Assembly (NCBI GenBank): GCA_003510435.1
Contig: DOMK01000020.1
Coordinates: 1-57,522 of the forward strand
Reading direction: 5' to 3'
Source: Candidatus Magasanikiibacteriota bacterium
Lineage (GTDB): Bacteria > Patescibacteriota > Patescibacteriia > Magasanikbacterales > UBA922
Length of the DNA stretch: 57,522 nt
Position 1 is the first letter of the stretch; every line of letters starts with the position of its first letter. The position numbers were made by a program, and so were the translations under genes. The notes beneath the pieces were generated by a model that was not told the DNA's origin, searched no databases, and worked only from the letters and a program-made list of their open reading frames with translations. Shown piece by piece: positions 35,596-45,901 of the stretch.

Positions 35596-36720
35596 ATGAA
35601 AATTGCCCTAGTTCACGATTATCTGGCTCAAGATGGGGGAGCAGAAAGAGTTTTAAAAGCCTTTCATGAAATTTGGCCTGAAGCGCCGATTTTTGTTTTA
35701 TTTCATGATAAGGATAAAATTAAAGGTTTTGAAAAAGCCGATATACGTGAATCTTTCATTGCCAAAATGCCTTTTGGTCGGAAGAAATTTAAATTATATT
35801 TTCCTTGGATGCCAAGAGCCACTGAACATCACAATTTGCATGATTTTGATGTGGTTTTGTCTTCTACTTCAGCTTTTGCTAAAGGTGTCCTTACTCGACC
35901 AGAGACTTTGCATATTTCTTATTGTCATACTCCTACCCGATATCTTTGGACAGATACTCATGAATATATTGAAGATTTGAAATATAATAAATTAATTAAA
36001 TTAGCATTACCACGAATTATTCACCATATGCGTTTGTGGGACAAAATGAGTGTGGATAGAGTGGATCATTTTATTGCCAATTCTGGTACAGTGCGAAATC
36101 GTATCCAAAAATATTATCGGCGTGATAGTGATATTATTTTTCCTCCAGTTGATACAGCCAAATTTAAAATATCAGAAAATATTGGTGATTATTTTGTGTC
36201 TGGTGGACGTCTAGTGCCATACAAGAGATTTGATTTACTTGTCCAGGCTTTTAATCGTCTTAAATTACCTTTAAAAATTTTTGGTGATGGACCAGAGTTG
36301 GAAAATTTAAAAGAAATGGCCAAGCCTAATATTGAATTTTTAGGTAGAGTGACAGATGAAGAAAAGGCTCAACTTTTGAGTAAGGCTAGAGCTTTTTTAC
36401 ATCCGCAAGTAGAGGATTGTGGAATTACCCCAATTGAATCTATGGCTTGTGGCCGGCCAGTAATTGCTTATGGAGTAGGTGGAGTGACAGAAACTGTAAT
36501 CCCAGGTAAGACTGGTATATTTTTTAATGATCAGTCTTGGGAATCAATTGTGGATGCCGTGATACACTTTGATCATGAATTGTGGTATCCAGATTATATT
36601 CGCAATTGGGCTTTAAGATTTGATGTTGATAGTTTTAAAGAGAGGATTAAACGGTATGTAGAAGAGAGACATGAGGAATTTAAACAAGGTTTTGAACAAT
36701 GTAAGTTGGAAATACGTTAA
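35596..36720 (+). CDS. GT4 family glycosyltransferase
   Basis: MKIALVHDYL...GGAERV, YCHTP.RY, GRLVPYKR, EDCGITPIESMACG.PV. Confidence 0.92.
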   Translation: MKIALVHDYLAQDGGAERVLKAFHEIWPEAPIFVLFHDKDKIKGFEKADIRESFIAKMPFGRKKFKLYFPWMPRATEHHNLHDFDVVLSSTSAFAKGVLTRPETLHISYCHTPTRYLWTDTHEYIEDLKYNKLIKLALPRIIHHMRLWDKMSVDRVDHFIANSGTVRNRIQKYYRRDSDIIFPPVDTAKFKISENIGDYFVSGGRLVPYKRFDLLVQAFNRLKLPLKIFGDGPELENLKEMAKPNIEFLGRVTDEEKAQLLSKARAFLHPQVEDCGITPIESMACGRPVIAYGVGGVTETVIPGKTGIFFNDQSWESIVDAVIHFDHELWYPDYIRNWALRFDVDSFKERIKRYVEERHEEFKQGFEQCKLEIR

Positions 36721-36771
36721 CACTCAAACATTTAAACACACGGTCTTCGACCTAAACATCACAACACAGAT

Positions 36772-38043
36772 ATGAACATAGGCATTGACATTCGTTGTCT
36801 CATGGATGAAAAACGAACAGGCGTTGGAGAGTATACTTTTGGTTTGCTTGATGCTGTATTTAAATACACCGATTCCCTGACTGCGCAGGCAGGCACTGAT
36901 TTTAAAAAAGATTATACTGATAATAAGGATCAGTTTTTTTTATTTTACAATTCAAATAAGAATATTCAAGATAATTTGCCAAAGTGGGATTATGAGAATG
37001 TACATTATATAGGATTAAATTGGCCTAACAAATTACTTAATTTGCTGTTGTGGTTGAAATTGATTAGGTTAGATAAATTGTTGTTAAGTCATCTTGAGCG
37101 AAATGACGAGCGAAAGCGAGGAATGAAGTCGAAAGATCTTATGGTTAGACAAGAAAAACAATGGGATCCTTCGACTCCGCTTCGCTTCGCTCAGGATGAC
37201 GTGATTGATGTCTGGTTTTCCCCAAATTTAAATTTCACTAATCTTTCAAAACACGTTAAACACATCCAAACTATTCACGATTTGTCTTTTGAATTTTTTC
37301 CAGAATGTTTTACTTGGAAGCGACGTTTGTGGCATTGGTTTTTAAATCCCAAAAAACAGTGCAAGCGAGCGGATATTATTTTGACTCCGTCAGAGAATAC
37401 GAAGCGAGACGTGGTGGAAAGATTTAAGATTGAAGATTTAAGATTGAAGATTTTGAGACCAGGGTTGTCGATTGACAGAGGATATAAGACAGAGGACATA
37501 AGACAGAGATATGGTTTGCCGGAAAAGTATATTTTGTTTTTAGGGACATTAGAACCACGTAAGAATGTTGAAAGTATAATTAAAGCATATAAAATGAATT
37601 ATGAATTAGGAATTAGGAATTATGATTTGGTAATTGTCGGTTCTAGCGGTTGGAAAAATATAGAGCTCTTAAAAACAATTAAAGAAACTCCAGGTGTAAA
37701 ATATATTGGTTATGTCGATGATGAGGATAAAATGGAATTATACAAAAATGCCAGTCTATTTGTTTTTCCAAGTTTGTATGAGGGTTTTGGATTGCCTGTC
37801 CTGGAGGCTATGGCCTGTGGCGTGCCAGTAATTACTTCTAACCGGTCATCACTCACGGAAGTTGGTCAAGATGCAGTTTATTATGTTAATCCTAATAATG
37901 TTAGTGAATTGGCTTCGGCCATTGATCTGATCTTGAAAAATAGTGAGTTAAAAACAAGAATGACAACTGGAGGTTTAGAAGTGGCCAAAGATTTTGATTG
38001 GCAAAAATCAGCTCAGGAGTTTTTAAGTGTAATAAAGAGCTAA
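36772..38043 (+). CDS. GT4 family glycosyltransferase carrying several in-frame repeat insertions
   Basis: IGIDIR, TGVGEY, TIHDL, GTLEPRKN, PSLYEGFGLPVLEAMACG.PV. Confidence 0.92.
   Translation: MNIGIDIRCLMDEKRTGVGEYTFGLLDAVFKYTDSLTAQAGTDFKKDYTDNKDQFFLFYNSNKNIQDNLPKWDYENVHYIGLNWPNKLLNLLLWLKLIRLDKLLLSHLERNDERKRGMKSKDLMVRQEKQWDPSTPLRFAQDDVIDVWFSPNLNFTNLSKHVKHIQTIHDLSFEFFPECFTWKRRLWHWFLNPKKQCKRADIILTPSENTKRDVVERFKIEDLRLKILRPGLSIDRGYKTEDIRQRYGLPEKYILFLGTLEPRKNVESIIKAYKMNYELGIRNYDLVIVGSSGWKNIELLKTIKETPGVKYIGYVDDEDKMELYKNASLFVFPSLYEGFGLPVLEAMACGVPVITSNRSSLTEVGQDAVYYVNPNNVSELASAIDLILKNSELKTRMTTGGLEVAKDFDWQKSAQEFLSVIKS
37088..37200. repeat. 113-nt GTCAT...ATGAC palindromic element, read through in frame
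   Basis: 15-bp terminal inverted repeat GTCATCTTGAGCGAA/TTCGCTCAGGATGAC (one G.T); inner GTCGAAAGATCT/GGATCCTTCGAC. Confidence 0.9.
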
Positions 38044-38176
38044 AGTCGACGTTATAATAGATGTAAATAACAAATAAACATCTATTATGATAACACTAAT
38101 ATTGATAAGCTCGTTAGTTTTTGGTAAAAAATGGCTAAAATTAGCCAAGTTTAAAAAAGTTACTAACCTTTGAAGA

Positions 38177-38205
38177 TTGACAAATATTGAATTTTACAGT
38201 ATAAT
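38177..38205 (+). promoter_or_regulatory. Consensus sigma70 promoter
   Basis: TTGACA-17 nt-TATAAT upstream of the ATG at 38251. Confidence 0.85.
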
Positions 38206-38250
38206 CCGCTATTCTTAACATAATCTTAATAATTTTTTAACCTATAATCT

Positions 38251-41200
38251 ATGCGAAAAATCATCATAGGAGTAGCCGTTTTTGCACTAGCAATTATGGC
38301 TCTACCAAACACAGCCAACGCTGGTGGTTGTTTTACTTCATTGGTAGCTTCTCAAAGCGAATTAACAGCTTTGAATGCTAAGGTAATAAATTTTGAAAAT
38401 ATAGGAACTGATCCAATTACTGGCTATTGGGATACTTATGGCGTCAAGTTTACTGCAGAAAACGGCAAAGCAATCTATACTAATAGTTATAATCGGGCTG
38501 GTGCTGCTAAAGATGTACCAACTGCTTCTGGTGAATATAATATTGCTAATGATGCTACTTGGCCGGCAACTAGCTACAATCAACCTTTAAAAATTACTTT
38601 TAAAGAACCAGTTAATGTTTTTGGGTTTTATCTTGGCAATGCGGAAAATGTAAAACAAATAAAGATTAAATATTTTGATGAGCAAGGTAATGAAGGTTGT
38701 GGTTATACTATAGAAAATAAAAATTACATGCAGGCTACTGGTGGAGCTCAAACTTTTAATGTTCCAGTAAATAAAGCAGTGGATACTTTTGTGGGCTTCA
38801 AGTCTAGCAATGATGTATATTCAATCACTATTGATTATGGTCCAAATTATAATAGTGAATCAATTGATGATTTGATGTTTGTCCCATCTTCACAAAATGT
38901 TCGTTATTGTGAAAAAGATGATAATAACAGTATTTACACAAAAGGTATAATGAAGATTTTTGATTTTAATGGTAAATTTTTTTCAGGACCTTATGAAGAT
39001 TCCTGTTTAAGTGATGGTAAAATAAATGAAAATATTTGTTCTAATGGAACATGGAGTGTTTATCAGGGTTTGTGTGGTGATAATTATTCTTGTGTAGATG
39101 GTGCTTGTCAGGTTGATTCTACAAAAACAGTGGTTCCATTACTATCTAATTTTGTAGCCTATGATTCAGTCACAAATAAAGCTCTGACTGGAAATAAAGT
39201 TGGTTACAAGAAATATAGTAGCTACACAAAACCATTATCAGTTTCGATTTATAATGCAACCAAAGCAATTAAATTTTCTTTGATGCTTAATAATTCTGAT
39301 GATAATTTTACCTATGCTTTCATTTGGAATAATGATCCTTCAGATGGAACAGAAGTTAATTATAATGAACAGACTGTTAAATCCATAGTTAAATCAGCCA
39401 ACTTTAATTCTTCGGCTGTGACAACTTTGAACTTAACTGATTATTATCGTGGTAAGTACGTGATGATGTATGGATTTGTGAGAAATAATGATGGTAAATC
39501 TGAAGTGCCAAATATGCCAGTAGAAGTAGACGAGGTGGTACCACTGTATTTTAGAATGGAGAAATTAAATATACCAACAGTAAATAGTTGTGTAGATTCT
39601 GATAATGGTTTGGATATTTATGCTAGGGGAGTTACTACAGGAGAAAAAGAAGGTTCTAGAGTTTATGGTAGTTATAGTGATTCTTGCAGTGACAAGGTTG
39701 GTGAGTCAGGTTTGTATAGTGGTAAGTGGGTGGTAGAACAACATTGTAGTGGTCCAGTTGATAAACCATATGTTCATACCCAATGGAATGATTGTCCAAA
39801 TGGTTGTATGGATGGTAGATGTGTTGAAAATATTGATTATGATAATACAATAAAGCCTACAGTAGTTTATCCAACAAATAAACAAATTCTAACAAATTAC
39901 CCAAGAGTAGCAACCTTAAAATGGAATCCAGTTAGTGAAGCAGTTTCTTATAATGTAGAATTGACCTGTGACCATTGTAATAGTGTTGCCTGGCAAGATT
40001 ATTATAAATGGAGTTCCAAATCTAATTATTATATTACCACTCCTTTAGACGGTGATAATGAATTTAGATTTAAAGTAAAGGCTGTTTATGCAGATGGTAG
40101 TACAAGCCAATGGTCTGATTATAGATATTTTAGTTATAATACGTCAGCATATTCTGATAGTGTCTGTAGTGATCCAGATGGTACTAATACTAATGTAAAA
40201 GGTTATTCTAGTGGTTTGAATAAAGTGACTAATAAACCAATGAATTATGTTGATTACTGCGCTGCAAGTGATACAAATGATGTATATGCCTATAGTAGTG
40301 ATTATGTTGGGGAGTGGGTTTGTAAAGGAGACGTTGTAGACAATAGAATTAGCAAATGTAAGAATGGTTGTGTAGACGGACGTTGTTTAGAGTCTCCTAA
40401 TGTGGTTTATTCAAATACCGTAAAATATAGATTATTTGAAAATGATTGGTATAATGTTGGTTATCAATTACAGTTTTACGATAAAGGAAATGGTGCTGTA
40501 GGTGCGCTTGCTCTTAGAAAAATATTATCCAATAATATATCAACTTTTGATTTAACTGGGAAAAGTTATGATGACACTAGTGTGGATGTCAAATTGGGAG
40601 AAAGTATCAAATTAACAACTAAAGGTGGAATAACAGATTATTCAGTGAAAATTGATAAAATAAGTTTTAATGCCAATAGTAAGGGGTATGTTGATGTGGC
40701 TATTAGCTCACCAAATTCTAGCATTAAGAATAGGTTATTTGAGGGAGATATGAAAAAGATGGGTTATCAATTGCAATTTTATAATAAAGATTCAGTTGTT
40801 GCCGCTTTTGGTGTTAAGGATGTGACAGACAAAAATAATTTAGTTTTAGAATTAAGTGGTAAGGATTATAATGATACAGATTTAAATTTTAAATTAGGTA
40901 ATACTGTCAAACTAGTTACAGAAGATAGTTCAGCTACTTATTTTATTAAAATAGATGATATTGAGTATGATGTTAATGGTAATAGCAGTATTGATGTATC
41001 TATTGAAACAGAAAATGGAACAACTGCAACGACGGTTACAAAACCAATTGATTCTTGTTACAACCTAACTGGCAAAGGCAATTTAGCTAAGGCCTGGGGT
41101 GATAATAAGGTTTGGTATGTTGAAGGTAATAATAAATATTGGTTTTCATCATCTGAAGTATATTTATCTTGGTTTAGTGATTTTTCTGGAATCAAACTTA

Positions 41201-41802
41201 CAGACGATAGTATAATTAATTCCTTGACTCAGGGTGATAATGTTTGTCTAAAAACCGTATCAACTTGCTATAATCTTTCTGGCCATGGTTATCTAGCAAA
41301 GTCTTGGAATGATAACAAGGTTTGGTATGTTGATAATGCAAGTAAATATTTATTTTCAAGTGAGGCAATTTACAAGTCTTGGTTTAAAGATTTTTCCGGA
41401 ATCAAACTTATTAATGATAGTGTGATGAATTCTTTTGCTCAGGGTTCTGGTGTATGTTATAAAAGAAGTGGCGCTACTATTCCTACAGTGTCTACTCCAG
41501 TAGTAGAAAAGCCTGTAGTATCTTCTGGTATGTCTTGTGGTAATTCGGCTGGTGGCGATGGTCTATATAGCATGTGTAAAGGTGATTCTATACGTCATAG
41601 TGATGGATTTACTATTAATAACCAAGCTTTTACTGATAAGACTCTATATTTAAAGACAGACGGCCTCATATCAACCTATTTACGTCTACCTATGAATGTT
41701 CCAGTGGTAGTCCAGGATTTAACTGGAAAAAATAAGTATGATATTACTTATACGCAAAAAACAGATAAACATGGCGCATTCTTACAGATTGATAGTAAAT
41801 AA
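38251..41802 (+). CDS. Large secreted multi-repeat surface protein
   Basis: Signal peptide (ANA/G); three Cys-rich C.D.D..KG..D.C..E..C..C..GC.DG.C repeats; FN3-like segment; two RLFE..GYQLQFY repeats; two CYNL.G.G.LAK.W.DNKVWYV repeats. Confidence 0.85.
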   Translation: MRKIIIGVAVFALAIMALPNTANAGGCFTSLVASQSELTALNAKVINFENIGTDPITGYWDTYGVKFTAENGKAIYTNSYNRAGAAKDVPTASGEYNIANDATWPATSYNQPLKITFKEPVNVFGFYLGNAENVKQIKIKYFDEQGNEGCGYTIENKNYMQATGGAQTFNVPVNKAVDTFVGFKSSNDVYSITIDYGPNYNSESIDDLMFVPSSQNVRYCEKDDNNSIYTKGIMKIFDFNGKFFSGPYEDSCLSDGKINENICSNGTWSVYQGLCGDNYSCVDGACQVDSTKTVVPLLSNFVAYDSVTNKALTGNKVGYKKYSSYTKPLSVSIYNATKAIKFSLMLNNSDDNFTYAFIWNNDPSDGTEVNYNEQTVKSIVKSANFNSSAVTTLNLTDYYRGKYVMMYGFVRNNDGKSEVPNMPVEVDEVVPLYFRMEKLNIPTVNSCVDSDNGLDIYARGVTTGEKEGSRVYGSYSDSCSDKVGESGLYSGKWVVEQHCSGPVDKPYVHTQWNDCPNGCMDGRCVENIDYDNTIKPTVVYPTNKQILTNYPRVATLKWNPVSEAVSYNVELTCDHCNSVAWQDYYKWSSKSNYYITTPLDGDNEFRFKVKAVYADGSTSQWSDYRYFSYNTSAYSDSVCSDPDGTNTNVKGYSSGLNKVTNKPMNYVDYCAASDTNDVYAYSSDYVGEWVCKGDVVDNRISKCKNGCVDGRCLESPNVVYSNTVKYRLFENDWYNVGYQLQFYDKGNGAVGALALRKILSNNISTFDLTGKSYDDTSVDVKLGESIKLTTKGGITDYSVKIDKISFNANSKGYVDVAISSPNSSIKNRLFEGDMKKMGYQLQFYNKDSVVAAFGVKDVTDKNNLVLELSGKDYNDTDLNFKLGNTVKLVTEDSSATYFIKIDDIEYDVNGNSSIDVSIETENGTTATTVTKPIDSCYNLTGKGNLAKAWGDNKVWYVEGNNKYWFSSSEVYLSWFSDFSGIKLTDDSIINSLTQGDNVCLKTVSTCYNLSGHGYLAKSWNDNKVWYVDNASKYLFSSEAIYKSWFKDFSGIKLINDSVMNSFAQGSGVCYKRSGATIPTVSTPVVEKPVVSSGMSCGNSAGGDGLYSMCKGDSIRHSDGFTINNQAFTDKTLYLKTDGLISTYLRLPMNVPVVVQDLTGKNKYDITYTQKTDKHGAFLQIDSK

Positions 41803-41813
41803 GATTTGAAGTT

Positions 41814-41850
41814 AAAACAATCCTAGTTGATTACTGGGGTTGTTTTTTTT
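41814..41850 (+). terminator. Rho-independent terminator
   Basis: AACAATCCTAG/CTGGGGTTGTT stem followed by a T-run. Confidence 0.75.
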
Positions 41851-41876
41851 GTTTATAACTGATAAAGTATTCCTAT

Positions 41877-43067
41877 ATGAAAATAGGTATAGATTGTCGG
41901 ATGATGGGTTCAAAACAAGCTGGATTAGGACGTTATGTTGAACAGCTGGTTTTAGGTTTACTAGAAATTGATAAAGAGAATGAGTATGTATTGTTTGTGA
42001 TGACCCCACCCTCTTTGTTTCACAAAGTGGCCTCCCCTAATAGGGGAGGGATTAAATATGTTTTAGCAGATATACCTTGGTATAGTTGGCAAGAGCAAAT
42101 TAAGTTTAAAAAAATTATTGATCAAGAGAAAATAGATTTGATGCATTTTCCTCATTGGAATGTGCCGTTGTTTTATAATAAGCCATTTGTGGTGACAGTA
42201 CATGATTTGATTATGTATCACTATCCACGGCAAGAGGCGAGTACGCACGGTCTGATTGTTTATTGGCTAAAAGATTTGATTCATCGGTTAGTTTTACAAC
42301 ATGCTGTAAATAAAGCCAGACAGATTATTGTGACGAGTGAGTTTACAAAACAGGATTTACACCAGACACTGAAAGTATCATTGGAAAAAATGACAGTGGT
42401 GTATCAAGCGCCGTTTCCAAACACGATCCAAGATTCACATAACACGACACAAATTTTAGAAAAATTTAGTATTAAAAAACCATTTGTTTTGTATGTGGGA
42501 AATGCGTATCCGCATAAAAATTTAGAAGGGTTGTTGAAGGCTTGGAAAATTTTTAATGAAAAATATGGTGATGGATATCAATTGGTTTTGGTTGGTAAAG
42601 AAAATTATTTTTATGAAAAGTTAATCAAGAAAACAAAAAATCAAGAAAACAAAAAATCAATTGAACAGGGTGACAATGTAACAATGAAACAATTTAACAA
42701 TGTGGTATTTACTGATTACATCTCTGATAGTGAATTACCTGAAATTTATTCCAATGCGTCGCTCTATGTTTTTCCAAGTTTGTATGAAGGCTTTGGTTTA
42801 CCCCCACTCGAAGCGCAACAATATAATGTGCCAGTGGTTTCTTCCAGCGCTAGTTGTTTGCCAGAAATTTTAGGTGAGTCTGCAATGTACTTTGATCCAG
42901 AAAATTATGAACAAATGGCTGAAGTAATTCACACTGGTCTAGCTAATGAAAATATTAGGTTTGAATTGCAACAAAATGCCAGAGAGAATCTGAAAAGATT
43001 TAACTGGAGTGATTTAGCTAAAGAGACCTTGAAAGTATATTATCAAGACATAAGACATAAGACATAA
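41877..43067 (+). CDS. GT4 family glycosyltransferase with in-frame repeat insertions
   Basis: MKIGIDCR, GLGRY, HFPH.N.P, VTVHD, VGNAYPHKN, PSLYEGFGLPPLEA. Confidence 0.92.
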   Translation: MKIGIDCRMMGSKQAGLGRYVEQLVLGLLEIDKENEYVLFVMTPPSLFHKVASPNRGGIKYVLADIPWYSWQEQIKFKKIIDQEKIDLMHFPHWNVPLFYNKPFVVTVHDLIMYHYPRQEASTHGLIVYWLKDLIHRLVLQHAVNKARQIIVTSEFTKQDLHQTLKVSLEKMTVVYQAPFPNTIQDSHNTTQILEKFSIKKPFVLYVGNAYPHKNLEGLLKAWKIFNEKYGDGYQLVLVGKENYFYEKLIKKTKNQENKKSIEQGDNVTMKQFNNVVFTDYISDSELPEIYSNASLYVFPSLYEGFGLPPLEAQQYNVPVVSSSASCLPEILGESAMYFDPENYEQMAEVIHTGLANENIRFELQQNARENLKRFNWSDLAKETLKVYYQDIRHKT

Positions 43068-43079
43068 GACATAAGACAT
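43045..43079 (+). repeat. Five perfect copies of AAGACAT spanning the stop codon
   Basis: Direct count of the array; the TAA at 43065-43067 lies inside it. Confidence 0.9.
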
Positions 43080-43283
43080 ATAATATTTGTTTTAATTTTC
43101 TTATGGTGATAAAGGAGAGAAATTGTACAACTTTTTTAAGATATAATATCTGTGTATAAATTAGCACAGATATTTTTTTTAACTTAAAAATGTGCTATAA
43201 TATTGATGTTAAAATTAAGTTAGATTTTTCTCTTAAACTAGCTAAAAAATAGAGTTATTAAAATAACAGTAATTTTTTGTTAA

Positions 43284-45878
43284 ATGCCAGCCAAAAGAAA
43301 TGTACAATTGAGGTCTTGTTCTCTGTGTGGTCGAACTGGTCATAATCGAGCACGGTGTAAAAATATTATTACAGAGACAAAAATTGAAAAAAAGGCTAAA
43401 CCAACGCAAAAAACCAAATTATCAACCAAGAAAAAGTTGATTAAAAAAAATGTGGAGGATTTTTTTGTTTCTCAAAAAACTGGTTTGGGTAAACCAATTA
43501 TTGTTAGAAGCGAGATTAATACCAAATCATCACCTCATATAATAAATTTGAAACAAAAGGAAGAAACAATTTGGGATAAAGTTGGTGTTTATCAAGAAAA
43601 GAGTTTAATACCAAAACAGAATGTAGTAGTTGATTTTGGAAAAATGGTAAAGTTGGCTAATGCCACTAGATTGGGGATAGGGAATAGGGATTTGGAGGCG
43701 AGAAAAGTTAGAATACACAAACCAGTGGTCAGCAAAAATTTAACAAATATTAGACAGAAATTTAAAATAAATTTAAATAATTTAATAAATTGGCAAATAG
43801 AAATTAAGGATAAAATTTTTAGCAATTTCCAATCTTCAGTTTTCAGTCTTCAATCTGGATTAAAAAATTTTAATTACAAAAAGTTAGCATACACTTCTTT
43901 AGTTTTATTAGTATTATCTAGTCTACCATTTCCAGCTCTGAGTTATTATCATAGTGTACAAAATACTAGTGCTAGAGTAGTAGAGGCAAGTACCAATGCT
44001 TTTTTATCTTTACAATCTTCAACTGTCGCGGCCATGAATTATAATATCCCCCAAGCTCAATTTGATTTGAATGAAGCTTTGATTTCATTTGGTGAAGCCA
44101 ATACAATTGTAGAAAAAGAGCATCAAGTATTACAATATGTAGCTGGACTTTTGCCAGTCGTTGGTACACAAGTGACTAGTCGTCAACATTTGCTGGTGGC
44201 TGGCCATCATTTGGCTTTAGGTAATACTTATCTTGTAAAAGGTTTAAAAGAGGTGGAGGATAATAGTAGTTTTTCTACGACTGATAAAATTAAAATTATT
44301 GCCAATCATTTATCCAGTGCTATACCACAATACAAAGAAGCTTTGGTTGATTTGAGTGCAGTTGATTCTTCGGCGGTGCCAGTCGAATACCAAGAATCTT
44401 TTAATGATTTTAAAGTTTTATTTACCGCTCTAGTTGATGATATGAATGACATTGTGGATTTGTCTGATTCTCTAGATTTAATTTTTGGTTCAGAACAATT
44501 AAAAAGATATTTACTCGTGTTTCAAAATAATAATGAACTACGTCCGACTGGTGGTTTTATGGGTAGTTTTGCGATTATGGATATACAGAAAGGCAAGATA
44601 ACAAATTTGGATATTCCTGGTGGGGGAACTTATGACTTACAAGGTCAGTTGAATGAATATATCAAACCACCCTTACCTTTGCAATTGTCTAATGCTAGAT
44701 GGGAATTTCAAGATGCTAATTGGTTTCCAGATTTTCCAGCTAGTGCGAAAAAGATTGAGTGGTTTTATGAGCATGGTCGTGGCACCACTGTTGATGGAGT
44801 AATCGCGATTAATGCTTCGGTTTTGGAAAGATTGCTTTCAGTACTTGGTCCAATGGCAGTTAATAATAACGATTTAGTTCTCGCTTCAGATAATGTTTTG
44901 CCTCAATTGCAACACAAAGTAGAAGTTGATTATGATAAAGAAGAAAATAAGCCAAAAGAGATTTTGTCAGATTTGGCTCCACAATTTTTAAATAGCATGA
45001 CACAGTTGGATGCTACGAGTGCCATTCGTCTTTTGTCAGAATTAAACGAAGCCTTAACACAAAAAGAAATTCAAGTTTATTTTAATGATAATATGCTTGA
45101 AACCAAGATGAAAAGTTTTGGCTGGGCAGGAGATATTATGGATAATACAAGTAATCAAGATTATTTGTATGTAGTGAATACTAATATTCATGGACAAAAG
45201 AGTGATGCCAAGATAAACCAAACCATTGAACATCAGGCAGTAGTTGGTGATGATGGTTCTGTTTTGGATACAGTGGTAATTACTCGGGAGCATACAGGTA
45301 TACCAGGAGAGATGTTTTATGGTGTTAATAATGTAGATTATATTAGAGTTTATGTTCCTGCTGGGGCAGAATTGGTTGAAGCTGGTGGTTTTGTTTATCC
45401 GCCAGAAGAGTCTTTTCATGTGCCAGAGGATTGGTATAAAATTGATTCTGATTTGGAAAAAAATGAAAAGGAAATTGATATTGACAAAGAAACCGGTACG
45501 AGAATTACTAATGAGTTTGGTAAAACCGTTTTTGGTAATTGGACCATGACTGCTCCTGGTCAAATAAGTAAAGTTTATTTTACTTACAAATTACCTTTTA
45601 AAGTGATTACTGGAAATAATAAAGAAAAGACAGCTTTTGAAAAATGGAAAAAAACTTTCGTGGGCGAAGCGACCGAAGTGTCTCGATATAGTTTGTTTGT
45701 CCAAAAACAATCTGGCATTGATAGTGATTTTAGTTCTCGGGTGATTTATCCTACTGTTTGGTCGCCAATCTGGCAAGAAAATAAAAATTTGCAGATGGCT
45801 GTTAATGGGGCTGAATTTATTACCAAACTTATGACTGATGATTTTTTTGGATTGATAATGGAAAAAAAAGATAATTAA
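43284..45878 (+). CDS. DUF4012-like membrane protein with an N-terminal CCHC zinc knuckle
   Basis: CSLCGRTGHNRARC at the N-terminus; TM helix near aa 200-220; YLLVFQNNNELRPTGGF.GSF, DANWFPDFP.SA, VDGVIA. Confidence 0.8.
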   Translation: MPAKRNVQLRSCSLCGRTGHNRARCKNIITETKIEKKAKPTQKTKLSTKKKLIKKNVEDFFVSQKTGLGKPIIVRSEINTKSSPHIINLKQKEETIWDKVGVYQEKSLIPKQNVVVDFGKMVKLANATRLGIGNRDLEARKVRIHKPVVSKNLTNIRQKFKINLNNLINWQIEIKDKIFSNFQSSVFSLQSGLKNFNYKKLAYTSLVLLVLSSLPFPALSYYHSVQNTSARVVEASTNAFLSLQSSTVAAMNYNIPQAQFDLNEALISFGEANTIVEKEHQVLQYVAGLLPVVGTQVTSRQHLLVAGHHLALGNTYLVKGLKEVEDNSSFSTTDKIKIIANHLSSAIPQYKEALVDLSAVDSSAVPVEYQESFNDFKVLFTALVDDMNDIVDLSDSLDLIFGSEQLKRYLLVFQNNNELRPTGGFMGSFAIMDIQKGKITNLDIPGGGTYDLQGQLNEYIKPPLPLQLSNARWEFQDANWFPDFPASAKKIEWFYEHGRGTTVDGVIAINASVLERLLSVLGPMAVNNNDLVLASDNVLPQLQHKVEVDYDKEENKPKEILSDLAPQFLNSMTQLDATSAIRLLSELNEALTQKEIQVYFNDNMLETKMKSFGWAGDIMDNTSNQDYLYVVNTNIHGQKSDAKINQTIEHQAVVGDDGSVLDTVVITREHTGIPGEMFYGVNNVDYIRVYVPAGAELVEAGGFVYPPEESFHVPEDWYKIDSDLEKNEKEIDIDKETGTRITNEFGKTVFGNWTMTAPGQISKVYFTYKLPFKVITGNNKEKTAFEKWKKTFVGEATEVSRYSLFVQKQSGIDSDFSSRVIYPTVWSPIWQENKNLQMAVNGAEFITKLMTDDFFGLIMEKKDN

Positions 45879-45901
45879 AATTTATTATTTGATAAAATTT
45901 T

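Noticed and set aside
43045-43079. CRISPR array
   Set aside because: Contiguous 7-nt units with no spacers; no repeat-spacer structure or cas gene anywhere in the window.
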